Source of the DNA: Neophaeotheca triangularis
Taxonomy: Eukaryota
Assembly: GCA_054600435.1 (NCBI GenBank)
Contig: BAAIJX010000006.1
Coordinates: 434,001 to 498,000 of the forward strand
DNA: 64,000 nucleotides
Direction of reading: 5' to 3'
Below are positions 11,951 through 23,303 of this stretch, in pieces. The position numbers were made by a program, and so were the translations under genes. The first letter of the stretch is position 1. Every line of letters starts with the position of its first letter. Below the pieces are notes generated by a model. The model worked only from the letters and a program-made list of their open reading frames with translations. It searched no databases and was not told the DNA's origin.

Positions 11951-13519
11951 CTACTCAGCTGCATCCGATAGAAGAGGAGTGTAACAACCAGGTCTTTTCC
12001 TCATACTACATAGCAGCGGGCATGTGTAACGCAGAATCCACTCGAGATTTGTACACGCTACGAGCACGAAAGCTTGCTGCCGTTTCTTCCTCCATTTCGC
12101 GGACTCACCAGCCCATGCGAACTCTCCCGGCGCAAGCTTCCTGGGCACGGGCGCGCGGCCAGACCGGCGAGTCGGCTGAAGGGCAGTCGACGATGTGCGC
12201 GCGCTCTGAAGCCCAATCCGTTGCCGCACTCCACTGCTACAGTATTCCACTCCTGGTTCATCTTGCACGACGGGCCGCTTCCTCGCGACGACGATGATGT
12301 CGGAGTGCACAGTCTCGCTCGGGGACCTCCGCCGCAGCCGTCGTCGCTTTGGTGCTTGAGTGTCGCTGTTTTTGGCGAGTAGGACCTCCTCTTCTTCTTC
12401 TCCGTCATCTTCGTCTCCGTCTCCTTCGTCTCCGTAAAGGAAACTGTCCTCCACGGCGCCTTCGATACGCTCCGCGTGGCCGTCGGCCTCCCCGGCGCGA
12501 GGGCTCTGCAATGGCAAAGTCTCGCTAGTCAAGCGTCTACGTCGCTTCATCGGTCTAACCGACATAGTGCTGCCCCGATCGTCATATGCTCCGTTCTCGG
12601 AACTGCTCTGAGCAGGCACTGCAACAGCAGGTAGAGTGCCAGAAACGCTCGCTTCATTGGCAGCTTCAGTTTCGACGTTGAAAGCGTCGCTGGAGATCGG
12701 TGCTAGTCGCTCTAGGGTTGATTGCGCGGTTCCACGAGCCCCGGCAGGAGCAAGGTTGGAGCCCTCGACGCTCGCCTGAAAATCACCTTGCTCGACGTGC
12801 AGATCGTTGGGTTTGGAATTAGTTGTGTGGGAGGCCGGGAGTGCATCGGTAGACGTGGCCGACACATTGTCAGGAGACGTAAAGCGTCGTCGCTTCCTAC
12901 TGAACTTGAAACTGCCACTTCGCTCGTCGTAAGCTTTTCCAATTAGGTTGGTGAATCTTTCTAGCATCGCGCTTGACGGCAATGGGGAAGTTTTAGCTAG
13001 GCGCTGAAGCTCGTCGTGGCCGGGTGTTCCATAGGGTCCTAGTGTGCCTTTCAGGGAAGCAGGAGGACCGGGAGATGCTCCATCACAGCGTGGGTGGCTA
13101 TCCCAGTGAGCTGCTACTCTTCGATCTCGCTGCAAGTCTTGCTGATGCTCATAGGAAGGGGTATCGGTGCCGATGGCTAGGAAGGGCAGGCTGGTAGATT
13201 GTCGGAGTCTCGCCCTGCTGGATGATAGAATTGAATCGTGTGGCAAGCCAAGGTTCGCTGGCGGCTGGCGGATATTATGCTGCTGCTGCTGCTGCTGCTC
13301 ACATCTTACAGGCTGGTCTCCGTCGTGATCCTCTAACGGAATCGTTGCGAGCAAAAGGTTGAAATCTTCACTCCAGTCCACATTCCGAAGATCTTGAGAT
13401 GGGACATTGTTGCCAGAGAGTGAAGTGGTCGGCTTTGCGGTGTCAACGTGAACCAGAGGACGTGGCAATTGTTCTAATGCAGTGCGGATCGCTCTCGTCA
13501 CTACACTCAGCAGCCACAT
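11951..13519 (-). CDS. Hypothetical low-complexity, probably nuclear protein (522 aa)
   Basis: Long ATG-initiated ORF with basic NLS-like clusters (RKRRR, KRRRR) and an acidic tract; no recognisable domain. Confidence 0.55.
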   Translation of the reverse strand: MWLLSVVTRAIRTALEQLPRPLVHVDTAKPTTSLSGNNVPSQDLRNVDWSEDFNLLLATIPLEDHDGDQPVRCEQQQQQQHNIRQPPANLGLPHDSILSSSRARLRQSTSLPFLAIGTDTPSYEHQQDLQRDRRVAAHWDSHPRCDGASPGPPASLKGTLGPYGTPGHDELQRLAKTSPLPSSAMLERFTNLIGKAYDERSGSFKFSRKRRRFTSPDNVSATSTDALPASHTTNSKPNDLHVEQGDFQASVEGSNLAPAGARGTAQSTLERLAPISSDAFNVETEAANEASVSGTLPAVAVPAQSSSENGAYDDRGSTMSVRPMKRRRRLTSETLPLQSPRAGEADGHAERIEGAVEDSFLYGDEGDGDEDDGEEEEEVLLAKNSDTQAPKRRRLRRRSPSETVHSDIIVVARKRPVVQDEPGVEYCSSGVRQRIGLQSARTSSTALQPTRRSGRAPVPRKLAPGEFAWAGESAKWRKKRQQAFVLVACTNLEWILRYTCPLLCSMRKRPGCYTPLLSDAAE

Positions 13520-14035
13520 GTTCCTTACCAGACCGATCTCCCATCAGATGCTTGTAGTTTGGAGTAGTGGGATTTGACGGGCGGAAGTGATGCTAGGAAG
13601 CTGCATTGCACCTGCCATGCCATGCCATGTGGAAAGGCTGGAAGGTGGGGAGAAAGGGGAAGACGCTTCATAGCACCTACCTATACCTAATACTACTAGT
13701 AGGTCCCTATCTACATTGCCCAGCTCAAAATACTTCCAGTGTAGGTATTTAATGCAAGCTGCTTCCATGTCGGGTCCACTGAAGCTCACGTTGCAGCACC
13801 TTAGTGCCTTTCGATTGAGCCATCGCAACGAAGCGAGCGTTGGAAGAGCCTTCGGACTCCCAATACTAGCCGACTTCGCAATGCGTATCAAGCATTTCGG
13901 AAAGCTACACGGCTCCTCCTCCTACATATGTAGCTTACAGCGTGGAAAGTACCTCATGTCCCAGGCACCGACGCTGCTTCTCCAAGCCCGCGACCTCTTT
14001 TGTACACTTCTCCCTCATTTTGGATATCATTACAT

Positions 14036-14554
14036 CTACGAGCTTTCCTCTTGCTTTGCCTTCCTGTTGTCCCATTGCCGCGGCATGATGATTGGTCGTC
14101 TGGTGTTGGATTGCGCTTGCTGGAAGGCCTCGGTAAGGATTGGGGAGCTCTCCGTTCGAATGGTCGTGCCGATGCCCATAAAGAAGCTGGGAGGGTGAGT
14201 GTGGTGTGCTTTTAAGCGCATTCCTTGGATCAACCTACCCAAAAGTCGCGGAGGAACCTAGCATGTACTGTCCCAGGGTTCGCATCATGCCGTTAGGGCC
14301 AGGACCGAATCTGATAATGTTGGTGGCCCCGAAGATGAATCCGATGATAAGTCCGACGCCTTTGTTGTTGCATTAGACCAGCGGTGCCGTTTGGAGATGT
14401 AAGGGTTAGCGGAACGTACTGCCTCCCATCATGGCTCCCATCTTTGCTGCGAGGTGTGAGCGCTCGTCCTGGCCTTTTCGCGATACTGTTTTCCCAAGAT
14501 ACCTTTGTCGAAAGTCGACGGGCCAGACATGCCTCCTCCCACGGGTACCGGCAT
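14036..14554 (-). CDS. MGR2: Mgr2/Romo1 TIM23-complex subunit; exons 14554-14503, 14446-14420, 14359-14239, 14186-14036
   Basis: Spliced ...GPSTFDKAKMGAMMGGSVGLIIGFIFGATNIIRFGPGPNGMMRTLGQYMLGSSATFGFFMGIGTTIRTE is a Romo1-family signature. Confidence 0.92.
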
Positions 14555-15468
14555 CTTGGTGGCTAAATGGAACAGTGAGTGATAGGAAGAAGTAGGTGTA
14601 TCGTCGTCAGTCACCAGTTAGTAACACACAGAGAAGACGGGAGGTAGTATGCTGTCGGTAGTGAAGTCAGTCTGGGGTGCAGCTGCACAAGTCGAAGCAC
14701 GTGACGCAGCAGAAAGCTACTCCACTTGTAGGAGGTAAGCCGTTCGTTGGAAACGCTTGTGGCTTGTCGCTGGTCCTCCCGTGTCCTCCCCCCCCCCCGG
14801 CGAAAACATTAAACTGGCTCGAGGTCGAACGTCCCCCATTGTGCCGCAACCCGCACCCGCGACCTCCGCCGCGACCTCACCTCCTACCCCCAATCTCTGC
14901 ACAACCGACTGCTCCCTTTTGCTGCACGAGAGGGGTGCAACTCTATCAGCTCCGACGGCATCTGCATCCACAGCTACGAACGAACCCGTTGCCGCCGTGT
15001 CGTGCGTGCATCGTCAGTAGGGGTCAGCGGCCGAGGCCTCCTTACGAAGCTGAGCCAAGCGAAATCGACTCGACGACTTCTTCTTCTTCTTCTTCTTCTT
15101 CTTTGTCTTTTCCTTCAACATTGACGACAACGACAACGGCAAAGACAGACACACGGCTACTAGGTTACACAGCTGAACACGTACAGGGAGGGTGCTGGTC
15201 TTGCCGGGAGGGAAGTGGCAGCGGAGCAGAGCTTAGCTGGTCGCGCTTTGTCGCGCCTGCGGCCAACACAATTATTCCACCACAACCGAGCACTCAACAC
15301 CCACTGCCGCATGTGCTAGGCATTATTGAACGGCAGCATTGTAACATCATAATCACGTCGACAGCATATCTACCTGCAGCACGCCAAACACCAGGGGCAC
15401 CATTCCTATATCCTGAAGCGTAGGAGTGCTTTCAACACCTGCAGCATACACTCTTGCTTCCGCTTCCA

Positions 15469-17706
15469 ATGACGGCTGTCGCTCCTCCTCCTTTTGTCTT
15501 CACCCACAGGAACTCCGACTCTCCCGCTCACGAAAAGCCATGGACCAGGTCTGACGTTTCCGCCTTGCGCACACCTGGAATCGACGACAGTGGGAGCATG
15601 TTTTCCAACCGTCCTCCACGCAAAACAGTCCAACGTCAAAACTCATCATCCTCGGTAGCTTCCAGCAACTCTTCCAACTCCACCATATCAGCTCCGTCAG
15701 TGCAAGGCAACGGTGCCAGCGCGCCCACCTCTGAGCCTGGCGGTTGGTCGATTCGAAAGAAGCCGTCACGAGGTCTATGGCCACCGGGTAAAGCAGAAGC
15801 AGCGACGGGTATATCTACAGCTAGACCGCAGAGCGTGACCTCTGCGACCTCTGGTCCTTCTGCATCTTCAGCCATTTCAGCTTTGCATGCTCCTATGCTA
15901 CCATCGCAACAGATGGCGAACGGCAACGGTCAATCCAATGGCGCAATTCGCGGCCAACAGCAGGCAGAGCCGCCAGCTATTCTCCACTTGATACCCATCA
16001 ACAGTACTTTTGAGCGCAAGACCATCACTGTACCATATTATCCGGATGTGCTGCGCATAGGCCGACAGACTAATCAGAAAACCATACCTACACCACTCAA
16101 TGGCTACTTTGACTCCAAGGTGCTTTCCAGACAGCACGCTGAGGTCTACGCGGACCGACAAGGACGCATCTTCATACGTGATGTAAAGTCGAGCAACGGG
16201 ACTTTTGTAAACGGAGTGCGCCTGAGTCAGGAAAATAAAGAGTCGGAACCAAGGGAACTCCGCGAGTCGGATATATTGGAGCTTGGAATAGACATTGTGA
16301 GCGAGGATCAGAAGACGGTGGTACATCACAAGGTCGCCGCCAAAGTTGAGCACGCGGGGATATACGCGCAGGGCAATGACGCTCTCAGCTTTGGTGACCT
16401 GGATCCTAGCTCCGGGGCCGGCATCATGTCAAATGGCCCTCAGCTGAAGAGGCAAGGTAGTCAGGGATCAATGAACGGGAGAGGCCCGGGTGGAATGCCT
16501 ATGAACCAGCAACAGATGATGCCGACGAACCCAATGCAGCAACAGCAGCAAATGCGGAATTGGCTCAGCCCTATTACGACGGAGAATCTGATGAAGAAGC
16601 TCAACACTGAGATGAAGCTTGCCATGCAACAGTCGCAGGACTTGGCTCGAACACGGCAGGCTCTTCAGGGTATGGTCGGCGGTAATGCAAAGCCGTTCGA
16701 GAAAGAGCAAGCGAAATCAGACTTGAACAAAGTACGACCTTCGCCATTGAAGCCGCACCAGGAGCTGAAGGCACCCTTCTCGGAACCGCCTGCACCTCCG
16801 CCAAGAGCACCGCTTCCTGAAAAGCCAGATGTTGCGCGGGCACTTGCGGACCCAATTATCCAACCCTTGCTCCGGAGAACCGACACCGCAAGACCTCAAT
16901 CAGCGAGCAGCTCACCCACTCGGACCGATCACTCTGGAGATATCCTTCGTCTATGCGAAGAACTCAAGCTGGCAAAGGGCGAGATCAGCAGTCAGACTGA
17001 ACGCATGAAGAACCTGGAAACACAACTAGCAGAGGAGCGAACCGCTCGCGAAAGCGCCGAAGAGCGCGCACAACGGCTAGAAACGGGAGGCGAGCACAAA
17101 GACTCTGTAGAAGAGCCCACCACAAACGGCATGCCAGAGCGCTCCGCCACTCCTGAAGAAGACAAACACGACTCCCCTACGAGCGCGAGCCTCCAGTCAC
17201 AACTCGACCGCCTCCACGCCTCCATGGACGAAATGAAACAGCAAATGGAAATGTACCGCCGCAACGCTGAAACAGCCGAAAGCGAGCGCGACGAAGCCCG
17301 CCAATCTCTCGCCGAGATGATCGAGCAGAAACGCACGGAGAACGCCGCTGCCGAAGCCCTCACGCATCGCTCTCAATCTCCCTCGCGCCAAACGAAGCGC
17401 ACCGCGCAAACCGACGGCACCAACGGCGCCCTATCCAACGGGCACGCCGTCACTCCCAACGGTCGACCCGCTAGTCCCACCGCCGTTGCTCTCATGCAGA
17501 AGGCCGGCCTAGCCGATGGCGACGTCATCACCCCCGAGCAGGCGCGGTTTATGCGGCAGTACCTGATGGAGGAGGTCTTGAACGAGAGTGGCAATGCCAA
17601 GGCTGCCATGTATCAGGGTATGCCTTTTGCCGTTGCCGCGCTGGTGGTCATGGTGGGCTGGGCGGCGATGGCTGGCGTCAATGGCTGGCCGAAGGTCGAG
17701 CGGTGA
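15469..17706 (+). CDS. VPS64: FHA-domain, coiled-coil, tail-anchored STRIPAK subunit (Vps64/Far9-10/SLMAP/PRO45/HAM-4 type)
   Basis: FHA domain (IGRQT..FDSKVLSRQHAE..DVKSSNGTFVNG), coiled coils and a C-terminal TM followed by NGWPKVER; first ATG at 15469. Confidence 0.92.
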   Translation: MTAVAPPPFVFTHRNSDSPAHEKPWTRSDVSALRTPGIDDSGSMFSNRPPRKTVQRQNSSSSVASSNSSNSTISAPSVQGNGASAPTSEPGGWSIRKKPSRGLWPPGKAEAATGISTARPQSVTSATSGPSASSAISALHAPMLPSQQMANGNGQSNGAIRGQQQAEPPAILHLIPINSTFERKTITVPYYPDVLRIGRQTNQKTIPTPLNGYFDSKVLSRQHAEVYADRQGRIFIRDVKSSNGTFVNGVRLSQENKESEPRELRESDILELGIDIVSEDQKTVVHHKVAAKVEHAGIYAQGNDALSFGDLDPSSGAGIMSNGPQLKRQGSQGSMNGRGPGGMPMNQQQMMPTNPMQQQQQMRNWLSPITTENLMKKLNTEMKLAMQQSQDLARTRQALQGMVGGNAKPFEKEQAKSDLNKVRPSPLKPHQELKAPFSEPPAPPPRAPLPEKPDVARALADPIIQPLLRRTDTARPQSASSSPTRTDHSGDILRLCEELKLAKGEISSQTERMKNLETQLAEERTARESAEERAQRLETGGEHKDSVEEPTTNGMPERSATPEEDKHDSPTSASLQSQLDRLHASMDEMKQQMEMYRRNAETAESERDEARQSLAEMIEQKRTENAAAEALTHRSQSPSRQTKRTAQTDGTNGALSNGHAVTPNGRPASPTAVALMQKAGLADGDVITPEQARFMRQYLMEEVLNESGNAKAAMYQGMPFAVAALVVMVGWAAMAGVNGWPKVER

Positions 17707-18825
17707 TTTTGTCTTGACCTTGTGGAAGTGTTGGGGAAAGCCGTCGACGCGGCTGTTGCAGGGCCAAAAGACAAGCCTGGCGGATGGTACCTTGACCAGT
17801 CGTTCCCAAAATAAGCTCAGCATCGAGCCAAGTCCCATTGGCGACTCGAGAACGACAATAAACCGCGAATCCTTGCCGACAGAATACCCGGTCTACGGTC
17901 CACCGCTCCTCGAGCAAAACATGGACCCCTTCTGCCGAAAAAACGCCAGCAGCGCCGAGAACCAAACCGGGATCAAGATTTGCGACCAGCAAGTCCTATC
18001 ACTCAGCAACTGGGCCAGAGGAAAACGCAAAACAAGGGGACCGGTCTTGGACCCTGTAAAATGAACCACACAAAGCAACGGCGAATGAAACACCACCATG
18101 CCCGCCGCCAGGCGAACTCGAAGGTTCTGCACATTCTGGCACATGAATGCAAGCACTGGGCGCTCTCGGTGTCATGATCGAAGACGGAGCCATAAGGGCG
18201 GGTCTGTAGCAACGGGCAAGTCTCGAAGTTGAGACGTTGGGGGTATTTTTTTCATGTCCTCTGTCTTTTGTTTTTTTCTTGTTCACGGCGGCAATGGGGT
18301 TCTAGGCTAGGCTGGGTCTGATTGGATTTGATTTGGAAGGGCGGGGGGCTTGCATGGGTACGTACGGGCATGGGCGTGCGAAGGGCTTGTGGAGTTGGGA
18401 GGGGCGGACTTCAGTTCGTTTGTTACTGACTAGTACTTTCTTCTGCCACTGCCACTACTACTACTACTGCTTTCGATCGTTCATTGTTTCTTTGTGTTGG
18501 GTTTGCATTGCCTCCGGGCCACGAGTGGGGTCCGTTCTTGGTGGACTTGGTTTGTTTCTTATGGGAGAAAGCGCGGAGCCTGTTTATGTCTCTGAGAATG
18601 TAGGATACGATTTGAGTTTTGTGGATGCGTGGGAGTCGTGGTGTTTTGGACTTGATTGAGTAGGGTGAGGTATTAACACTTCATGATGTCCTCTATCCCA
18701 TCCCGCTCTCGCTACGGGAACTCTTCGTCAGGAACACCGTAATTCGTAATTACACGCAATTGATCTATGCCCCACCACGCCCCGTGGGCAGACAAAGCTG
18801 TCTCCCCTTCTTACCCCAACCCTTT

Positions 18826-20257
18826 TTAATCCCCTCGCACCCAATCTATCCAACCCTGCAGCGCCCCGGAAATCTGCCCCCATCTCTCCGCCAATAACGC
18901 TCTGGCAACCTCATTTCCTGTCCCCTCCCTAGCCTCGTTTGCCTTCTGCTCGGCAATCTCAACCCCTTTCCGGAAAAGCGGCAACAACCAGACCTCTACT
19001 TTCGCCGAAGCGTCGTCGCCCAAGTCGTCGCCGTTGGTAACAAAGTACTCCCACTCGTTGCAAGCGAGGAGGGCAGCGCGAGCGGCGACTTGGGTGCGGT
19101 GGCAGAGGCTGTTGTCCGAGGGCGATAGGAAGTAGGAGCCTAGATAGCCTGTGTCGAGGAGTTGGGATTGCGTGTTTTGCGGGATGGCGGGGAGAAGGAG
19201 GTCGTCGAGGCGGATGCCGTCGTCGGGGCTTGGTTGCGGCGAGTCGTCGTCGTCGTCGTTGTTGTTGTTGTTGCTGGGGATGAAGCCGTAGTGGACGAGG
19301 AGTTTGTCGTTGCTGTGGGCGCCGTAGGTGGCGAGGATTTCTTGGCCGGGCTCTTTATGGGGTGAGGGGGGTTAATGAGCGGGACTTGTGGGGAGAGGTT
19401 GTTGGGGTTGGTGTGGGATTAGGAGAGTAATGAGATTTGAGATGATGAGGGAATCGGAATTTTCGCTTACGGTGGTCTTGGTTGGTCCAGACTTCGTAGC
19501 CTTTGGAAGTTTGGAGGACTTCGCACCCACTGCCCGTGGGGGTGTGGTTCATGTAGTCTAGAAAAGGACACATGGCGTACTCGCCTCCGCTTTGCGCTTG
19601 TGGTTTCCAGTGGAAGCTTCGGCTGTTGACGATGAGCCAAAAGTACCTAAAATCTTCGTACGAGTGGCTGTACTCTTCGCACCATCCTTTCGAGGCTGCC
19701 CAGTCTGCTGCGATGTCGACTTGTTGTCGTGACAGTACGTGCTTCGCCGCAGGTGGTAGACTGTCGCTTAACACGGCGTCCCAGCAGAGAGGCATGCACT
19801 CCTCGACGTCGTCCTTCGTTGGCCAAGTTGCGATCCATTGGCGCAGAAAATCTATATTGCCCAAGGCAGAGACAGTGAGGCGTGCCTGAGGCGAAAGATC
19901 ACTGAACTTCTCGTCTTTGTCCATCATCATTTTGACGGGAGTGAACATGGCCTGTGAGGGCACGAAAATGATGCGCTTCCCACTTCGAATGTTTGTCGTG
20001 GTCTTCAGCCCCATACCACGACCGGGAAGCTGTGCTGGAGTGATTTCGTCGTCAAATATCACACCACGAGACATAGCCCATTTGGCAAAATCGAGATGTA
20101 CACCATCCGGGACGATTGCTTCGAGGTTTCGTAACTTTTCGTGTTTGCCCTTGGTTGGTTTAGACCCTCGACGAAAAGACCTCTTGCGGACAGGTTCCTC
20201 TTGCGTCGGCCCCTGGCTGCGTTTCATTCCCTGTTGCTCCGCCTGGATCTCGTCCAT
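18826..20257 (-). CDS. SET-domain protein lysine methyltransferase (Rkm/SETD4-like); exons 20257-19471, 19352-18826
   Basis: GRGMGL, VNSRSF, PFLDYMNH, then after the intron PGQEILATYGAHSNDKLLVHYGF; start ATG and the AAG acceptor are inferred. Confidence 0.85.
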
Positions 20258-20649
20258 GTTGAGCTGGTAAGCAATCACTACACGGAGATGCAGGTCAGCT
20301 GTGGCCAAAAAGCCATTGCTTCACAAACTTCCAGGTTGAAGATGTTGCCGCGAAATCCGTCAAGACCAGATATATGCAGCCCGACGAGTGGCAGTCAACT
20401 TTGTCTTGCAATACACCAGAGTCGTGTCGTCTGTGTTCAGTGTGTACCTTGTTGTTACAGTATCTGACGATGCCGTCTGTACTGAGGTTCAACACCTGCA
20501 TGGAATATCAATATCACGTAAGCCGCCAAGATGATACTGTAGGTAGCGCGTAGGCTGCAGGTACTGGGTCCGGGCGGGACCCTGGCCTCGCCTCGTGATG
20601 TGGGCAGCTCTCATCATCCGGGCAGCTGTACCAACCAACTTCAACTAGT

Positions 20650-20727
20650 TAGGTACCTACCTACATACTACATACTACCTCCTACCTCCTTACCTCCTAC
20701 CTCCTACCTCCTACCTCCTACCTCCTA
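20650..20727 (+). repeat. TACC/CCTCCTA low-complexity tandem repeat in the divergent SET/RRM promoter
   Basis: taggtacctacctac...(cctccta)n read directly. Confidence 0.8.
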
Positions 20728-21321
20728 TCATCAAACACCTCTACCATTTAACATCTTCGACGACTACTCACTCATCAATCACGAAAACTCACTCTTGCCT
20801 GCCTGGCCATCTCTGCGACGTCAGCAACCACGACCGGCCTCACCTTTAACTCACCAAGAGCAATACACGCCGATCACGAGGAAGAGCAGAGTCGGGAGGA
20901 GCTCTCCGGGACACATCAGCGGGAGCTGGTCATAAGCGAGTGGAACAGGAGTGTTGCGAGTGTCGTGTTTGTACCGTTACTGCTTTTGCACGGCCTGAGA
21001 GGACTGTCTGTGTCCATCCCTCGCTACACTCGGATGTACGTACACCTGTGTCTCTAAGGGAAAGAGGCTAGCGAAGCTTGAATTGTCTTTGCAGAAGAAA
21101 GGAAAACGACAGGACATCTTGTGAGCTCGGATCTAATGCTTTCTTCAGCATAAATATCACTGTAGCTGGACTGGGACTGTAACAGACGGAGACCGCTTGT
21201 GCGACTGTACCTAACAGATCGACTCCAAATCCATTGACCACTGATCACTTCCTGCCGAACTTCCCCACAGAGCATCTCACAAAACCATTAATCCCAAAGC
21301 AGCAAGTAGCAGGCTTCTAAT

Positions 21322-22671
21322 ATGTCTGCCGAAGACGACACCTTCGATATCGACATCTATGGAGACGACGCAGACGACAACAACACCACCACCAACGATG
21401 AACCCGCGCAAGCTCTCCCTCAGGCACAGCCCCAGCAGACTGCCGATGAAGACGAGATCGACTACAATCTTGATGACTACAAAGAGGATGTTTCGACAAG
21501 CGCAGACGCAGCAGTGAAACCCGAGCAAACTCAAGACCAACAGCACACCAAAACAGAAGAAGGCACGTCGCAACCCAATCTCAAACGAAAAGCCGACGAA
21601 ATGTCCGTCAAAGACGAGCCCGACGACGATCAGCTTGAACAAAAAGACACCAGAAGAGAAGATTCCATCAAGCAAGAACACATCGAAACCGGAGACGCCG
21701 CGAAGCAAGAACAAATCGACCCCCGCCCCCTCGACCCCAGCGCCCACCCGGCTCTCAAACTCTCCGAAATTCCCTGGCACACGACTGAAGACCACGTGCG
21801 TGCCATTTGCTCCGCCACTGACCCCAAAGCCGAGCCGGAATTGCGTGAAATCGGATTCAACGAATACAAGATCAATGGAAAATCACGCGGTGACTGCTAC
21901 CTGGCTTTCGCGACGGCGCAGGCTGCTACAGCCGTCAAACGCAAGATTGAGAATTTGAGAGAACCCGGTGTCGCTGCTAGCCATGACTTGCCCGGTACTA
22001 AAGGCTGGGTATGTGTGTTCTGGTCTGGGTCGAATCCGTTTCTTGCCGGGGGAGCGCAGGCTTCGAGCAAGGGCGCTTACAACGCAGCGCCGCAGCGAGG
22101 AGGCATGGGTGGGGGTTTCAGAGGCGACAGGGGGAGAGCGGGGTTCAGAGGCGGAGGTTTCAACAACGGAATGGGAAGGGGTGGTGCTGCTGCACCTATG
22201 CAACAGCAGGCGCAACCGGGGACATGGGGGATGGGTGGTGCGGGTATGGGGATGCCGGGAATGATGGCCGGCTTCAACCAGATGGGCAATCAAATGGGAA
22301 ACATGGGCAATATGATGGGGAACATGATGGGGAGGGGCGGGATGGGAGGTATGGGAGGCATGATGGGCCGAGGTGGTTATGGTAACATGGGCATGGGGAA
22401 CATGGGTATGATGAACGGTATGAACGGTATGAACGGCATGGGCGGCATGGGTGGCATGGGTGGCATGGGAGGTGGTATGGGTGGCGCGAGGGGCGGTGGT
22501 GGTATGATGGGGAGAGGAGGGTGGAATGGCGGCGCCGGGAGTTTCCAAGGTGCTCAAGGCGGCATGGGTATGCAAGGGGGAGGGGGTGGCTATGGCTATG
22601 GCGGTGGCAGCATGAGTCCTCAACCCGGAGGCCCGGGGCAACAGGGCAACAAAAGGATGAGGACTGACTAG
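21322..22671 (+). CDS. RRM protein with a Gly/Met/RGG-rich tail; probable CPSF6/CFIm68-like cleavage factor
   Basis: N-terminal DIDIYGD, RRM (LSEIPWHTTED...NEYKINGKSRGDCYLAF) and C-terminal KRMR NLS; resembles CPSF6 IDIYAD and E.R.NGQSKG. Confidence 0.75.
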   Translation: MSAEDDTFDIDIYGDDADDNNTTTNDEPAQALPQAQPQQTADEDEIDYNLDDYKEDVSTSADAAVKPEQTQDQQHTKTEEGTSQPNLKRKADEMSVKDEPDDDQLEQKDTRREDSIKQEHIETGDAAKQEQIDPRPLDPSAHPALKLSEIPWHTTEDHVRAICSATDPKAEPELREIGFNEYKINGKSRGDCYLAFATAQAATAVKRKIENLREPGVAASHDLPGTKGWVCVFWSGSNPFLAGGAQASSKGAYNAAPQRGGMGGGFRGDRGRAGFRGGGFNNGMGRGGAAAPMQQQAQPGTWGMGGAGMGMPGMMAGFNQMGNQMGNMGNMMGNMMGRGGMGGMGGMMGRGGYGNMGMGNMGMMNGMNGMNGMGGMGGMGGMGGGMGGARGGGGMMGRGGWNGGAGSFQGAQGGMGMQGGGGGYGYGGGSMSPQPGGPGQQGNKRMRTD

Positions 22672-23303
22672 GGTTCGCGACTTGCCAACGGCGTTTTAGG
22701 GGTTGATGACCCATGACCCCCCCTCCCATGTGATGACACGGGCAAAGGTGCTAGCGTGCATTTTGTCCGATGTGTGTACAATAACAATGGTTATGAAGAG
22801 GGTGTAACATAGTTAGCTACCTGGGCATTGTCATAGAATAAAGCGGCATACGAGGTAGTAACAGTTTACATCCACTTCTTCACGTGAAATTCAAGGGGAA
22901 CGGGGTGGATCCGAGAGGCTGGGTGAAAGCTTTGATGGGGGCCATGTGGTGTCATAGAAGACAGGCTACTAGTTACAGCCCTGGGGTCGTTTCACGTAAG
23001 GTTATTAGCGTGAAGAGGGGCTGATGAAACCAGGGAAGTTGGAAAGTCAATCGTCCAGGGTAGCAACGGGATTTGGTCTTGTTGACAGCCCTGAGAATAA
23101 TGACTGACAGTCACAGAGACTCCGAGTAGGTACTATACCTACTGTAACCTAGCTTCAGGTTATTACGCCTACCTACCTACCTACCTACCTTATCTTACCT
23201 AAGGTAGATGCCTAAAGTGTGTGGTGTTGTTGCTCTGCCCACCGATTGCATCTTCATGTCTCTTTCCACTCCGCATCTTCCTCTTGTCACACATTGATTG
23301 ACC

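Noticed and set aside
14677..15423. 248-aa GTG-start ORF upstream of vps64
   Set aside because: Runs through promoter/leader microsatellites; low complexity, no domain, and it terminates before the vps64 ATG
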